Shown: positions 37,490 to 50,400 of the stretch, one piece after another
Layout of the letters: every line of letters begins with the position of its first letter
Position numbering within the stretch: position 1 is the first letter of the stretch
From: Lama glama
Lineage: Eukaryota
Direction: 5' to 3'
DNA: 64,000 nucleotides
Assembly: GCA_028534125.1 (NCBI GenBank)
Contig: CM052817.1
Span: 13,084,001-13,148,000, forward strand
Notes under the pieces: generated by a model
Database searches by the model: none
The model's input: the letters and a program-made list of their open reading frames with translations, nothing else
Told to the model about the DNA's origin: nothing
Made by a program: the position numbers and the translations under genes

Positions 37490-39808
37490 TCTAAGAACTT
37501 AGTAAAAATAGAATTCACATAATGTACAATTTAATTTTTAAAGTGTGTAATTCAGTTGTTTTAATATATTTGTAGAGTTGCACAGTCATCACCACTAATG
37601 TTACAATATTATTATCATCCTTCAAAAAGAAACCCAGTATCCATTAGCCATCACCTCCCATTCTCCCTACCCACTACCTCCATGCTCCTGGCAGTCACTG
37701 AATATTTCGGATCAAATGGAATCACATAATATGTGACCTTTTGTGACTGGCCTCTTTCACTTAGCATATGTTTTCAAAGTTCTTCCATGGTGTAGCATAT
37801 ATAAGTAAGTTATTACTTTTTACTACAAAATAATATTCCATTGTGTGGTTACACCACATTTTGTTTAACTGTTCATAAGTTAATGGGCATTTGGATTGTT
37901 TCCACTTTTTGGGTTTTATGAATAATGCTGCAGTGTACATTCATGTACGCGTGGCTCATTGTTTTCAGTTTTCTTGTGTGTGGACTTAGGAGTGCAGTTG
38001 CTACATCTTACGCTAACCCTAATGTTTAACATTTTGAGGTACTGTCAAACTGCTTTCCAAAGTGGCTGCACCATTTTACAATTCAACCAGCAGCGTATGA
38101 GTTTTCCAGTTTATTCGTATCATTGTTAACGCTTGTTATCATCTCTCTTTTCAATTTTAGCCACCCTATTCAGTGTGAAATGGTATGTCACTGTGGTTTT
38201 AACTTGCATTTCCCTAATGACTAATGGCATCTTTCGTGTAATTATTAGCTATTTGCATATCTTCTTTGGAGAAATGTCTATGCTTATCTTTTTTTTCCCA
38301 TTTTTCAATTAAGTAATTTGCCCTTTTATTATTAAGTTGTGTATGAGAATTTTTTCGTGTATTATGAATACAACTCCCTTGGCAGATAATTTACAAATAA
38401 TTTCTCCCATTCATTGTGTTGTCCTTTCATTTTATTGATGGTATAATTTGTAGGACAAATGTTTTTAATTTAGAGTAAGTCCAATTTATGGGTTCTTTTG
38501 GTGTTGCTTTTATTGTTATTGTCACATCTAAAAAACTGTTACCTAATCTGAGGTCTGAAGAATTAATTCCATGTATCTGCTAAAATCTGTAGCTTTAGCT
38601 CTTGTATGTAAGTCTATAACCCATTTATAGTTAATTTTTATTTATGATTGGAGATAGGGTGCCCAGCACAATTTGTTGGAAAAGTTATATTTCACAACTT
38701 AATTGTCTTGGCACTCTTGTTGTGGAATTAATTGCCCATAAACATGAGTTTATTTCTAGACTTTCAGTTCTATGCAGTTGATACATAAGTCTATCCTTAT
38801 GCCAATACCACACTGTCATGATTTCTGTAGCTTTGTACTCAGCTTGTAATCAGGAAGTAAAAGTCCTCCAACTCATTCCTTCCTTTTCAGTATTATTTTG
38901 GGTATTCTTGGTCCCTTGTGTATCTACATGAATTTTAAGATCAGTTTGTTGATTTTTTCAAAAAAAAAGAAGCTAGTATTTTGATCAGGATTATATTTAA
39001 TTTGTTGATCAATGTGGAGAATATTGCCATCTTAATAATACTGATTCTTCCTATCCATGAACATGGGCTATCTCTCCACTTATTCAGGTTTCTTTTGTTT
39101 TTCTGCAGTGGACGTTTGTGATTTTCAGTGCACAAACTTCTGTACCTCATCAGTTAAATTTATTCCTAAGCATTTTGGTTTTTATGATGTTAATGCAAAC
39201 TGAATTGTTTTCTTAATTTCATTTCAAATGGGTTATTGCTAGAGTATAGAAATATAATTGATTTTTGTGTATTGATTTGTGTCCTCCAACCTTGCTGAAT
39301 TAATTTATTGGTTCTAATTGTGTGTGTGTGTGTGTGTGTGTGTATTCTGTAGGATTTTCTATACACAAGATAATTTTGTCTGTTAATAGAAGTACCCTTA
39401 CTTCTTCCCTTTTGAATCTTAATTTCATTTATCTTTTTTCTTGCCTAACTGCCCTGGCAAACACCTCCATTACCATGTTCAAGAGCAGTGGCGAGAGCAG
39501 ACCTCTTTGCCTTGCTCCTGGCCACTGGGGGCTGCTGCTTTTCACAGCTGCCATGGATGTGAGGCTGCTAGTTTCCAACTCTACTAAGGAGCTGGGGAGA
39601 GGAGGTTTGTAATAGACTGGCTAAAACATGACAAATCGTGCTACTTTTATGAAAATTCAGCTTTTTTAAAAAATAAAGTCTTCTCAGATTGCTCTAAGTC
39701 TTTGGTTAATTTTCAGAATTCTCAAAAAGTTGATCTTTTGCTGTTACTGTTCTTGCTTTTCTTGAGTAATGGATTTCTAGAAGTTCTGACTCTACCATTC
39801 TAGAAGTG
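37490..39808 (-). mobile_element. L1 (L1MB/L1M4-like): 3' UTR + ORF2 3' part joined directly to an L1 5' end
   Basis: Antisense 3' UTR from ~37490. ORF 38941..39150(-) gives [22 protein letters not shown], matching L1 ORF2p ([22 protein letters not shown]). ~39520-39808 (tttggttaattttcagaattctcaaaaagttgat...ctctaccattctagaagt) resembles an antisense L1M 5' terminus. Confidence 0.88.
39319..39343. repeat. (TG)n microsatellite inside L1
   Basis: About 12 TG units. Confidence 0.95.
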
Positions 39809-40976
39809 GCACTAAGTTTTCCATGGGGCATATTTAGGGTCAGTAAAGGGAAAACTTAGTATAAAGCAAGCTCTAACATAAGTATTCTTTCCTATTTTTA
39901 AAAGATAAGAGATAATATTTTCCCCCAGATATATTTCTTAAAATATAGTGACTTCTAATTTTTTGAAAATGTCAGTTTATTTAAGGGTATCTATCAGTTT
40001 CCAGTTATAAAGTGATTCAGCAACTTTTTATAAATTATCATTTTATTTGAAACAAAAAAGTATTTAGAGGAGAATGTCCTTATTCATATTAAATTAAAAT
40101 AATGTGCTCTTAAAATCTTCTGGGAAAAAAGAAACTTTCAATGTATTGACGATTGACTGAGACCTTTTTTATGTTTTACTTTGTGAGCTGAGAATTTGGC
40201 TATGTGCTAACTTTATGGTTGTCAGCACACACTATTTTTAAACAATAGAGGTTCTTTGGGTGGAGTAAACCTGAAGCTAAGATAAATTTCCTACTGTTAA
40301 TCCAGAACATGCTCCTGAATCATTCCTTAAGCAATTGTTCTTAAGTTATTGTATGATTACATACCTTTTACCTCCTTTTCTTTTCCCCTCCCTCCATTGA
40401 GAATAGATTAACTTTGGAATACACTACAGTTGGCTTTGCCAGTCACAGTCCAGTAACTGAGAAACTTTCTTTTGAATGTATCTGAACCAAGAGTGTAGCC
40501 TATTCTTAAAATGTTTCCACTGACAGGTGTTTCTTTGTAGTCCTCTGTTGCTACATAGGACAAAGGCAAAAGAAGCTTTGGCCAATTGAAGTTGCCAAGA
40601 AATTGATTTTTCAGTATTTGTTTCAAGCCACAGAGAGTCCCTTTGTTAGTTTGTTTTGAAAAATATCTATTAGGTAGTAATAGGTAGTTAGCATTTTGGA
40701 GAATATGTTATGAAGAATGGGTTCAGAACAGAACTTGATGAGGGACAAGTTAAAATATTTCATCAGTTGCATTTACTTTGGAATATTGCTTAATAGATTA
40801 TAAGAAATGGATACCTGCTCCAAAGATGGGTGCCAATTAACTTAATTAATTGTAGTTTTTGAAATATTATTCAGTTTATTTTTCTAAGTCCAATTGTAAT
40901 TGGCTTGATAGATAAAACTAGATAAAAGAGAGAACTCTGAAATTTATATGTTGTATGCATGTTTTCCACATTTCTA

Positions 40977-41202
40977 TGTTTTCAACCATTTTTTTCATTA
41001 TCACCTCTGCCCAGGGAGAAAAATTATATTAACTATATTTCTAACTTACTAGAAAAATTACATACTAAGGTAAAATGTTTTGTTATATTGCACTGAGGTT
41101 TGGATAGGCACAAACCTTTGTAATATCCATGACTTCTGCAGCCCCCCAAGCGCAATTACATTGCCCCCTGTGGGTAACACTATCCCCCACTGAGTATGCA
41201 TG
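40977..41202 (-). mobile_element. hAT-Charlie MER112-like
   Basis: tgttttcaaccatttttttcattatcacc...cacaaacctttgtaatatc...gccccccaag...ttgccccctgtgggtaacactatcccccactgagtatgca. Confidence 0.7.
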
Positions 41203-41363
41203 CCCTATATTCTCCTTATGCAGCTATCTATAAAAAGGTTTTATTTTATTTAATTTCATGTAGACTTTCCCTGAATTCTGAAGTTTGTTTTTATAAAATG
41301 ACTCTTCTACTGAAACTTTAATTTTAATTTACAAGTATTCTAGAGTTAAAATAGAGGTATTAT

Positions 41364-41384
41364 TGTGTGTGTGTGTGTGTGTGT
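41364..41384. repeat. (TG)n microsatellite
   Basis: About 10 TG units. Confidence 0.95.
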
Positions 41385-42364
41385 ACATACAAACATATAT
41401 TGGGAAGCTCTTCTTTACCTAGAGTTGCTGAATTCAGTTAAAGATATATTTTGTGCAAACGTTTTATATACTTATTGAAATCCAATCCTAAGAAACTACC
41501 AGTCCTGTATTACTTCTCCCCGATTATATTCCATTTATTTTTTTAATAGTGCTATTGAAATATAGGTACCTTAAAAGATTGTATGAGAAATGTGTTAGGT
41601 TTTTAATTTTTTAAAAGTCTTGTCTAATAATACAAGAAGCAAACAATGACCCCTGTGCTTTTATGTAAAATACAACAGAATTGGCAATGATTAGGAAATT
41701 TGTCCACAATAAAATAGGTATTCTGAACTCTCAAAATCAGTGCATCTATTGGATTTTTTCAAATTTAAAGAAAAAACAACTTGGCATTCAACCCATATGA
41801 CATGAGCCCCTCTAGATCAGATGCAGGATGCTGTTGCCAGTGAAGATGGTTGTACCTAGGACGTCCCTGCCACACAGCAACCCTGGATAACCATTGATGG
41901 TACGTTTATATCTGGGATAGGCTTACTTTTATAAGTATATAATAATCCACAGGCAAAGATAGTCGACCATTTTAATACAATTTAAATATAATCTTTAGTT
42001 TATCAAAAGTTTACCAGTACCAAACGTGTTCTAAGCATGAGAGAGAAAATGTGAGTAAAACATGGCCCCTGCCCTCAAAAACTTACCTATTACAGTACAG
42101 TTGGCACACACAGTCAACAAAGTGAAGCTCAATTTAGGACAAAGAGAATCAGGAAAAAAGACTTTACCAGAGTGATTATTTTTAATTAATTTTGGAAGAA
42201 AAGACCAAGAGTTTACAGGAGGAAAACCGTCACATATATCTCAGCTGAAAATTGCTGACCTAACATTTAATTTGTATAACTGATGATGCCATCATATCTG
42301 AGGATTCAGAGTCTATTTTTTCCAGTTCCTAAAGGATGCTTACTAGCTACTTTGTTTAATAAAA

Positions 42365-42545
42365 AGCATTGCTTCAGTGTGCCAGATTCTATGCCAATAC
42401 ATCACATGTATTATTACTTCATTTAATCCTCCTAACCACTCTGTGAGGTTTTATTGCCCTAATTTTACACATGAGGAAACTGAGACTCCTAAAGATTTAA
42501 TTGACTTGCCACATTAACCAGGATTCAAACCCAGGCAGACTCATT
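42365..42545 (-). mobile_element. MIR SINE
   Basis: tcatttaatcctcctaaccactctgtgagg...ttttacacatgaggaaactgagactc...gacttgcc...ggattcaaacccaggcag. Confidence 0.88.
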
Positions 42546-43192
42546 TGCGGGATACAACTTGTACAAAGAAGAAGAGTGCATGGGAGTACAGAGATGAATT
42601 CGACATGGACCCGTCCCTTGGGGAGTTGCAGTGAATTCAAGGAAGATGGCATTCGGTGGACAAAGCAGAAGCGACTTAGCGCCGAGGGGAAGATCATGTG
42701 CTTTCTCTTAACTCAGAGCTTATACCAGTTAGAACAGGACCAACTTAGTCAAGGTCAAATATTTCTCCCAGACAATTTTTACATTAGTTTTATTTGATTG
42801 TTTATCATTGTCCTTCCAAGTGCTTTTTGAGGTAGAAGGGTGAGAAGAAGGAACTAAGCCATGAAATATCAAAAGTGGTTTCCGTTCTCTTGTTCCTGCA
42901 ATATCTAGACAATACAGCCTCCATTCTCCTCGGACTCATCATGATGGCAAACGAGGGAGAAAAAAGAGCCACTACGAAAGGGCCTAGGAGACTGGTGTGT
43001 GCCTTGTCCTGATAGAATTAATGTGACCCATTAGAATGAGCATGCAGGGGACTAACCTCACAGGACCCTGGGATTCCTTCCTCTCCAGGTGGGTAGGAAA
43101 TGGGAAAGTCTAGGTGGGTAGGTTTAATTCACCGAACTGTCTACAAAAGATATGCGTGCTCTAAAACAGCTCATGCTTCAGAAAAAATAGTA

Positions 43193-43389
43193 CAGTTGAC
43201 ACACGGCCTAGTTTGTATGCATATTTTTTCAATAGCAAATACTATAGAACCGCGTGATCCGTGGTTGGTTGGTTGAATCAGCTGATGTGGAGGAACTGGC
43301 TACAGAGGGCCAACTGTCAGCTACACTTGGATTTTCAACTGTGCAAAGGATTGGTGCCCATAACCCTTGTGTCATTCAAGGGTCAGCTG
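43193..43389 (+). mobile_element. TcMar-Tigger non-autonomous element (Tigger2a-like) with TA TSD
   Basis: TA|CAGTTGAC...ttcaagggtcagctg|TA; internal gatccgtggttggttggttgaatcagctgatgtgg...gagggccaactgt. Confidence 0.85.
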
Positions 43390-43529
43390 TATATGCAGAT
43401 GTGGAGAGTTTAACCATGTTGGTAGATGGTTACAAAATATAATTTTGATTTTATTTCTTGTATGTTTGGAAAGATGCAAATGAATCCCATTAAAATGTCA
43501 TCCATGTGCAATCTGGGAGTTTTCTGTGT

Positions 43530-44650
43530 TGCTGTGTAGACAGCTAAAAGTTTATCAAGAGAGGTTTAAATACAGGAACATAGGACTTGAGAAGGATTGT
43601 CAGGAAAGGGAAGAATTTATAAAGGAGGTGGCTTTTTAAGATGGCCCTTTAAGATGGAGAGGATTTAGACATGTGGATATGGGGGTGGTGGGTAGGACTT
43701 TAAGCAGAAATTAAAGATGGAACAAAGATGTAGACTTAGGGAAAAGAATGAACGTGTATGAACTACTGGTTTATGTTGAATAATTTGTTTTGACTTGACT
43801 AGTTTATGTTGATTTGATTCATAAATAAATCATTGGCACTAAGATGGACCATTTCATTGAGATAGTTTAATGAAGTTCTTTGAATGTCAGGTTAAAGGGT
43901 TTATACGGTATTATATGGCAAGTGGGAATCACTGAAAGTTTTTGACTGAGAAAGGAACAGGTTGAGCCAGTTATTCAGGAAGATATACCTGGTAGCATGT
44001 ATGAAATGGATTGAAGAGGTAAAATCTGGGAAAACCACTTTAGATTATTTTAACAGTTTAGGTGAAAGTTCTAGTTCAGGACAATGAAAGAGAGAAGAGG
44101 GAATGGAACCAGAAAGTGAAATGCAAGAAGGCCCACGAGGGGGCTGCTGACTGTGTGTGGGGAAAGGGGGTGATAGTCCAGTCACTGGTGATGACCACTA
44201 GGTTTTGACTCGGAGTATCCAGGAAGATTCAGGCTCCATTAATGGAAATAAGAGAATCGTATTTGGAATGGGAGACTTGAAGTTCAGTTTTTCATCTTAG
44301 CCCATTAAAAATACTTAGGCATTCATTTCTGGTTATCCAGCAGTGGCTCTGAAGCAAACAAAAAAGTGGTGTTGAAAATGTAGAGAGAGGGCACAGATGA
44401 CGGTACACAGTAGATATTATTCATAAAGAGGAAATATTACTCTCAAGCTGTTAATTTGCATGAAAGTTTCAGTGGAGTGACCAATGAGAATGGGGTTAAG
44501 GCTACTGCATTTTCAGGGACTACCTACATTTGGAGAATGAAAAAAAATAAAATAGGGAAATCCATTGTGAAAGGAAAAGAAGAGAGGATTTAGGAACAGT
44601 GAGTTCCGGAAAACAGAGTTAAGGAGGGTAAACACTGAAAAAATACACTT
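43530..44650 (-). mobile_element. L2 LINE (~1.1 kb)
   Basis: ggaggtggctttttaagatggccctt...ggatttagacatgtgga...ggcaagtgggaatcactgaaagtttttgactgagaaag. Confidence 0.75.
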
Positions 44651-44663
44651 GAATTTGGTGATA

Positions 44664-44794
44664 CTTTAAAAAAAAATTTAAAACAACTTTATTGTGGTAT
44701 AATTTCTGTACAGTAAACTACACATATTTCAGATGTACAGTTTTATGAACTTTGATAGATGTATATATATCTATGAAACCACCACCACAATCAA
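44664..44794 (-). mobile_element. 5'-truncated L1 3' end (131 bp) with perfect 13-bp TSD
   Basis: caactttattgtggtataatt...gatgtacagttttatgaactttgataga...gaaaccaccaccacaatcaa, flanked by GAATTTGGTGATA at 44651-44663 and 44795-44807. Confidence 0.9.
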
Positions 44795-45019
44795 GAATTT
44801 GGTGATAAACAATTATATCTAATTAAATTACATGTATGCTATGTACACTGTGTTCTGTTTTTAGCAATTAGAGATGATAGACTGTCTTTCATTAGGAGTC
44901 TGGGAATCAACAACATCAAAATGAAGACTACAGAATTATTAAAGCATCTATTGAGTATCTATTATGTACAAGGCTGACTCTATGAATAGGTGATCCTACC
45001 TTAATTAAATCCATGTTCT

Positions 45020-45421
45020 GTGTAATATATAGAATGACATTGCGTTAATCAAGGCACCCAAAGTCATTAGGTGGGACATTGTGCAGGGATAAGAAACCGC
45101 AGGGGGTGCTGACACATTTGGGACTAGCAGCAGCCAAAAGCCATTCTCTAGGTCAGAGGACTGAGACGGAGCAGTGTTTTCCAAAACCCAGTGAGAGCTG
45201 GTGCTAGGGAAGAGGGGTGCTGCTGTCAGAGTGGAACCAAGGCAAAGGTGCAGCCATGGTCTCGTAGCGGTACCTCCCCTTGGACGGACCAGCCTGGAAA
45301 GGGAAGGACTAGGGAGTCTGAGTGAGTCTTCTCAAGAGTCAGACCCATAGTGCACAAATCGGAAGGGAGAGTGGAGAACGGATCTGAGGGAAGGGGGTGA
45401 AAAGAATCACCAGTGTGCACA
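45020..45421 (-). mobile_element. ERVL-class solo LTR (LTR33/LTR41-like)
   Basis: gagtcagacccatagtgcacaaatcggaagggagagtggagaacggatctgaggg...gcaca resembles the antisense 5' end of an ancient ERVL LTR. Confidence 0.55.
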
Positions 45422-45944
45422 GTCAGCGCCAGTGCTCTTTACTTTTAGCAACAGAAGTTGAATCAACATAAAGTAAAAATGAAATGACATGGTTTATTGT
45501 TAAATGAATGTGTGAAATGTGACAATACTGTATAGCTGATTGCTCTTTGGTGCCATGGATAAAAGGGTATGGTCGTGGTGACTGAGGTTTTCTTTTGAAG
45601 CAGAGTGCGTAAAGAAATAAATGAGTTTTAAATATTAGTACGTTTGCTAGGTATGCCCCACCCCGCCAAAATGTTCTCACGTCAGCGCACAAGGAAGAAA
45701 GACTGCTAGTTAAAACACAGTTCAGGAATCTGAGAATCAGCACTGGCTCACCAATTTCAGGTCAGAAAAACAGTACACGTTATTTGTGGCTAAGTATACT
45801 GGAGACAGACAGCAAACCTGTTTAAAGACTTCTAGTCTCAAGACAAAGTTGATTTGGGTGTGTAGGCTGAGATAAACCAGCAGATGGGAAAATCAAAGAC
45901 ATTCTGCCTCAGGTCTACTAGCCTGTAGTAGTAATATAGTTATA

Positions 45945-46160
45945 AAATGGATAATGACTACCATGTATGGAGGGCTCACTAAATACCAGGCGTGATGCTA
46001 GATACTGTATAATTTAGATCTGAAAGTTTAGATGTAGTTATGCATTCAATCTGGAAAATTAATTACATTCTGTTCCTCGTTTCATAGATTAGGAATCTGA
46101 AGCTCTGAATAGTGAAGTAACTTCTCCATGACCATACAGTTAATGAGTGGTGTTGATAAG
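45945..46160 (-). mobile_element. MIR SINE
   Basis: ataatgactaccatgtatggagggctcactaaataccaggcgtgatgcta...catagattaggaatctgaagctctgaatagtgaagtaactt. Confidence 0.75.
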
Positions 46161-46404
46161 TCTGCCATGCATCACCTGTGGATGCTGTGTTCTGATGTGT
46201 TGTGCCTCCTTCCACCTCTTGCAGTCCAGTGAGTTATTAGCTTCCTCTTCTCCCAGTTGACTTACTTCTCTTTTAATGTCAAATGCTACTTGTCAACTTA
46301 ACACCTCTGCAGTCACTGATCCATTGTAGACTGTCATGCTGTAACTGATATGCTAGGTGGTGCGTAAAACCTTGAGAAACTCTGTTGCCTATGATTAGAA
46401 TTTA

Positions 46405-46900
46405 GGCATTCATTCAATAATCCCAATATTGATCCATCCCCTGTGATATGTTAAGGACTGTGCTCTGGGCACATTAGATACAGAATGTACCAAGGAGAAA
46501 ATTTCTTGCTATTTTGTAGAGGAGTCAGACAGTAAAAAGTAAACAAATATAAAACAATGTCAGGGCGTGGTGAGTGCTATCAAAAAAAAAAAAAAAGAAG
46601 AAAGAAAAGAAATAGGACAGAAGAGATAGGCTCACTGAAGATGCTGTTTTAGATAGACAGGTGCTGTTCTAGATGGCAATCACCTTCTCAAGAAATAATA
46701 TTTGAGAAGAGAAAGTATGTGAATAGCAGGGGAGGAACATTTGAGTGAGAGTGAACAGGAGATGCCCCGGCCTTACTTAATGCAGGGCTTACTGCTCAGA
46801 TCCTTCAAGAGAAGGCCAGCACTGTTCTGTAACACAGACACAGCACTCCTAATAACTGACAGTTGGAGAGAGAGACAGAATACTGAGGTTAGCTAACAGC
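46405..46900 (-). mobile_element. L2 LINE 3' fragment
   Basis: cattcattcaataa...aaggactgtgctctgggc...gtggtgagtgctat...aagaaataatatttgagaagaga. Confidence 0.65.
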
Positions 46901-48689
46901 ATGTCCTTTGCGATGCGTCTAAGATGGAGATTATCATGTCAGAAAAATCCACCAAGTTACATTCCAGGTGCGCAGTGTATGACTTCTCATCCTGCGGTGA
47001 CATTTAGGCACGTCACAGTTTGCACGTTGCTAAGGTACATTCATCAGCATAATGCAGTTCTTTGGTGTCTCTCTAGTCCCCACTTCCCTCTGCCAATGAG
47101 CTGAAATTTGATTTTCCTTTAAAATGTGAAGATACGGATTTATCTTATAGCAGCTATAAGCGCAGCTGAGGAATAGTTTTCACATGATCAGTGTCGCGGG
47201 GGGCTGCCTGCACCCCATTAACCTTTCAGCTACTTACTGCCCCTCATTCATTACTGCAGTTACCTGACCACCATCCACAGCATCTGTAATTCAGAAGTGT
47301 TGCTGTCATACAGGACTTCCACATTATTTTCTTCTTAAAAAAATTAGTGCCTTAAGAATATTTGTTTGAGGTTGGCTTCTGATAAAGCAGTTAGGCATTT
47401 TGCACAATTTTTTTGGGGGGGAAGTCTAATTGCTTCCCTATTTCTCTCATAAGAGTTCTCAAAGTGTTTTCTTACAATTCTTTCAATGCGCTGCTACAAT
47501 GGGATGTATAGGTGTTATTATTGCTTTTAAAAAAAGGGCAGGTTAACTAGCTTTTGAGTAATAGCCACTACATCAACTAGGTAGTTAGAGTCAGGACTGA
47601 AACTTAGACAACTTGACATTGATTTCGTTTGTTTCTCTAGAGCTTAATGCTAAAAGATGATAATGATACCTCCACATAAACAAGCCAAAATTGGACTTCT
47701 GCACAAATGTTTTGGGGCCAATGTGTACCTGAATGGGTAAGAAGCAAAGAGGCTGATTTCCTTAAGCAGCAGATAGCTTCCATCTTCTCTTCTCAACTGA
47801 TTAAACTTTGATCTTTCCCTCTTTGCTTTTCCTGAAAAAGAACCAAAAACCATAAAGGTACCAGTCAATTACATTTTAAAAGAAAAAAAAAATGATGCCA
47901 CTAAATCTGCTGGGTTTTTCAATGAATCAGAATCTCTAAGTTCAGGGCAATTGCTTGAAAGCTGCTTAATAAATTAGCTGTAAATCCAGGGGAAATGCAA
48001 GAAAACCTTCCAGATGCCACTCATTTGAAAAGGAATGCTCATTTTGGGTAGATTATTAGGTAATTTTTCAAGGTTATCACTCACAAGTAAGGGGTTTTTT
48101 TGAGTGTATTTAAGTGATTCACGTTTTGTCTCATAAATTTTTCTCATTCACAGTGTCACAGCCTGACAGGGTTGCTCATAAAGGATTTTTCTTCCTTTGT
48201 GTTAAAATTACAGAGGATGAAAGTATTTTTAAATATCTGTTGCTCAAGCAGAGCAGGTGCTGTCCAGCTTACAGTGGTCCATTTTACTCCATCAGTGCAT
48301 TGTTGGTCACAGTGACTCCCTTTCTGATGGCAAAAATTGCTTCCATATTATTAGAATGAATTAAGCTGGTGCTGCAATCTGTCCCTAAAAATTCAGAACA
48401 TGAACCTTTGATGTCAGCTTTGGGTCAGGATATTCCCAGCATCGCATTTAGTCAGAAATATGGAGGGTATATGTTGACATGATTTACATATCTCACTCCC
48501 ATGGAGTCTCTTGGTAAATAATAGAAATGGGCAAGGAGCCCTGCATCAAGGCAAATTCACATTATTTCCTGACACACACAGTGAAGCTTATTTGGGGATA
48601 ATGGCTACATATGTTCAGGAAAATTGGGCTCATGAGCCCACTGTCTGAACATGTTCCAGAAAAGATAAAAGAATGTATTATTAGGAGGC

Positions 48690-48900
48690 ATCAGGTAGGG
48701 GTCCCTCTGTTATTTATATAATCCCTTTTTATGAAAACAGATACCACCGATCTATTGTTCCCTTGATCAATAAATGGACTATTGTGATTAACCGAATATT
48801 TTGACAAAATGACATACATTGTATATTCCACATTTATTGCAAATGTTTTATAATATTGAAAAAATAATAACCGCCTCTTGAACACAATAATACAACTGAA
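48690..48900. promoter_or_regulatory. Candidate SOX/ONECUT/HOX-motif enhancer
   Basis: ATTGT at 48754, 48781 and 48818; ACAAT at 48884; ATCAATA at 48766; three retained CpGs in AT-rich unique sequence. Confidence 0.45.
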
Positions 48901-48989
48901 CCTAGTTTACTTTATTTTTTTGAAGGGGGAAAGTGGGGTTTCTGAAAAGGTGGTTTAGGATTTTACAGTTTCTTAGGGATCGGCTTGCT

Positions 48990-49520
48990 GACTTACTCAA
49001 GAAATATTTGTTAGAAGCCATTGTATACCGGAAGACTCTTAGTACCAGGTGTATAAATAATAACTGAATACACTCCTTGCTTTCTAGTGACTCAGAACTT
49101 AGCATCAAGACAGGCGCACAAACAAGGACTTCAGGAGAAAAGGGGGGTGTCCCTAATTCCCCTTAGGCTGTTTAAAGGCATCTTCAGAGAAAATGTCTGA
49201 AAGAAGTCTTAACAAATGAGTTTGCATGTAGTTTTCATATGGACTGTGGGGCAAATATTCTAAGAAGGAGCCCCAGCAAGTATGTAATTAAAGAGGCATG
49301 AAGTGTCGTTGCCCTTTTTCGGTGCCATAAGGGCTGAGGTGTGGCTGGAGCATAGGTTGTTCTGAAGGCAGTGAAGTGATCTGAACCTCCAGTCTAATGA
49401 CAGGCCAGGGCACTATCCTACAGTGGCTTGTATGCACTGCCAGGTCTTGAGTTCTTCTCCTGCAGGACCCCAGGTCATTGGAAAACAAAGCTGTCAATGT
49501 AAAAAAAATCCAGTTAAGGT
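48990..49520 (-). mobile_element. L2 LINE fragment
   Basis: ttactcaagaaatatttgttagaagccattgtatacc...ggcatcttcagagaaaatgtctg. Confidence 0.55.
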
Positions 49521-49889
49521 TCAGAAATACCGTTCTGGTTCTTAGCACATTGTATGTCATCGTTGTGTGTATTTCTAGGGCCCCAGAGGTTGCTGACACA
49601 CTGTCAGGTGAATCTAAGATTGTTACAATTATACCTGTGGCCTAAGCACCTTGGCCCACCAATCCTGACTTTTCCAAAAGCTTGTTTTCTCCTTGATCGT
49701 CTCTGTCTCCCTCTTAATCTAAGTGTCCCTCTCTTGCTACTTTCTCGCTTTCATATTCCTCCAGCCCTGAGAGAGAAGGAGGAAACAACAACCACAAAAC
49801 CAAACACCCCTGGACACGCTCAGTTGTGTGTTTTAGTTACGAATTCATCTGTTATCGCCTCTCTTAAGCCAAGGGAGGGAATATCTGCA

Positions 49890-50400
49890 TCTTGTTCATT
49901 AAATATTTATTGAACATTTTTCAGGGCTGCTTCTCTTCTGGGTGCTAGGATATAATAATGAACAAAATAACCAAAAAAAAAAAAAGCTGAGACTCATAAA
50001 ATTTACTTTATGGCCAGCAGAGATAGACAATAAACAATACATAATTAATAAGTCAATTGTATACTATATTAGAACGTAAGTTCTATGGAAAAAAAGAGAA
50101 AGTGTAAGGAGGATTGGAAGGGCTGGTTTCAATTTCAAATCGAGTGAGTGGCTGGATAGCCCTGCTTAGAAGGTGAGATAAGGACAGATACCTCGAGGTG
50201 GAGCGGGAGGTCACTATACAGATACGTGGGGATGGACAGAGAAGACGGCCGGTGCAGGGGCCTTGAGGAGGGGTCCCCCACAGTCCCCCAGGTGGTGGAG
50301 GTCTTGTACCTGGAAGACGAGTTTGCAAAGTATATTGAAATAAATAGCAAGGAAGGCATTGTCCTTCATCTCAGAAGCATAGTTTAGCAACGGGCAAGTG
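49890..50400 (-). mobile_element. L2a-like 3' end
   Basis: ttcattaaatatttattgaacattt...ttctgggtgctaggatataataatgaacaaaata...gaaggtgagataaggacagatacctcgagg. Confidence 0.8.

Noticed and set aside
38941..39150. ORF with real protein similarity
   Set aside because: Decayed L1 ORF2p fragment, not a host gene
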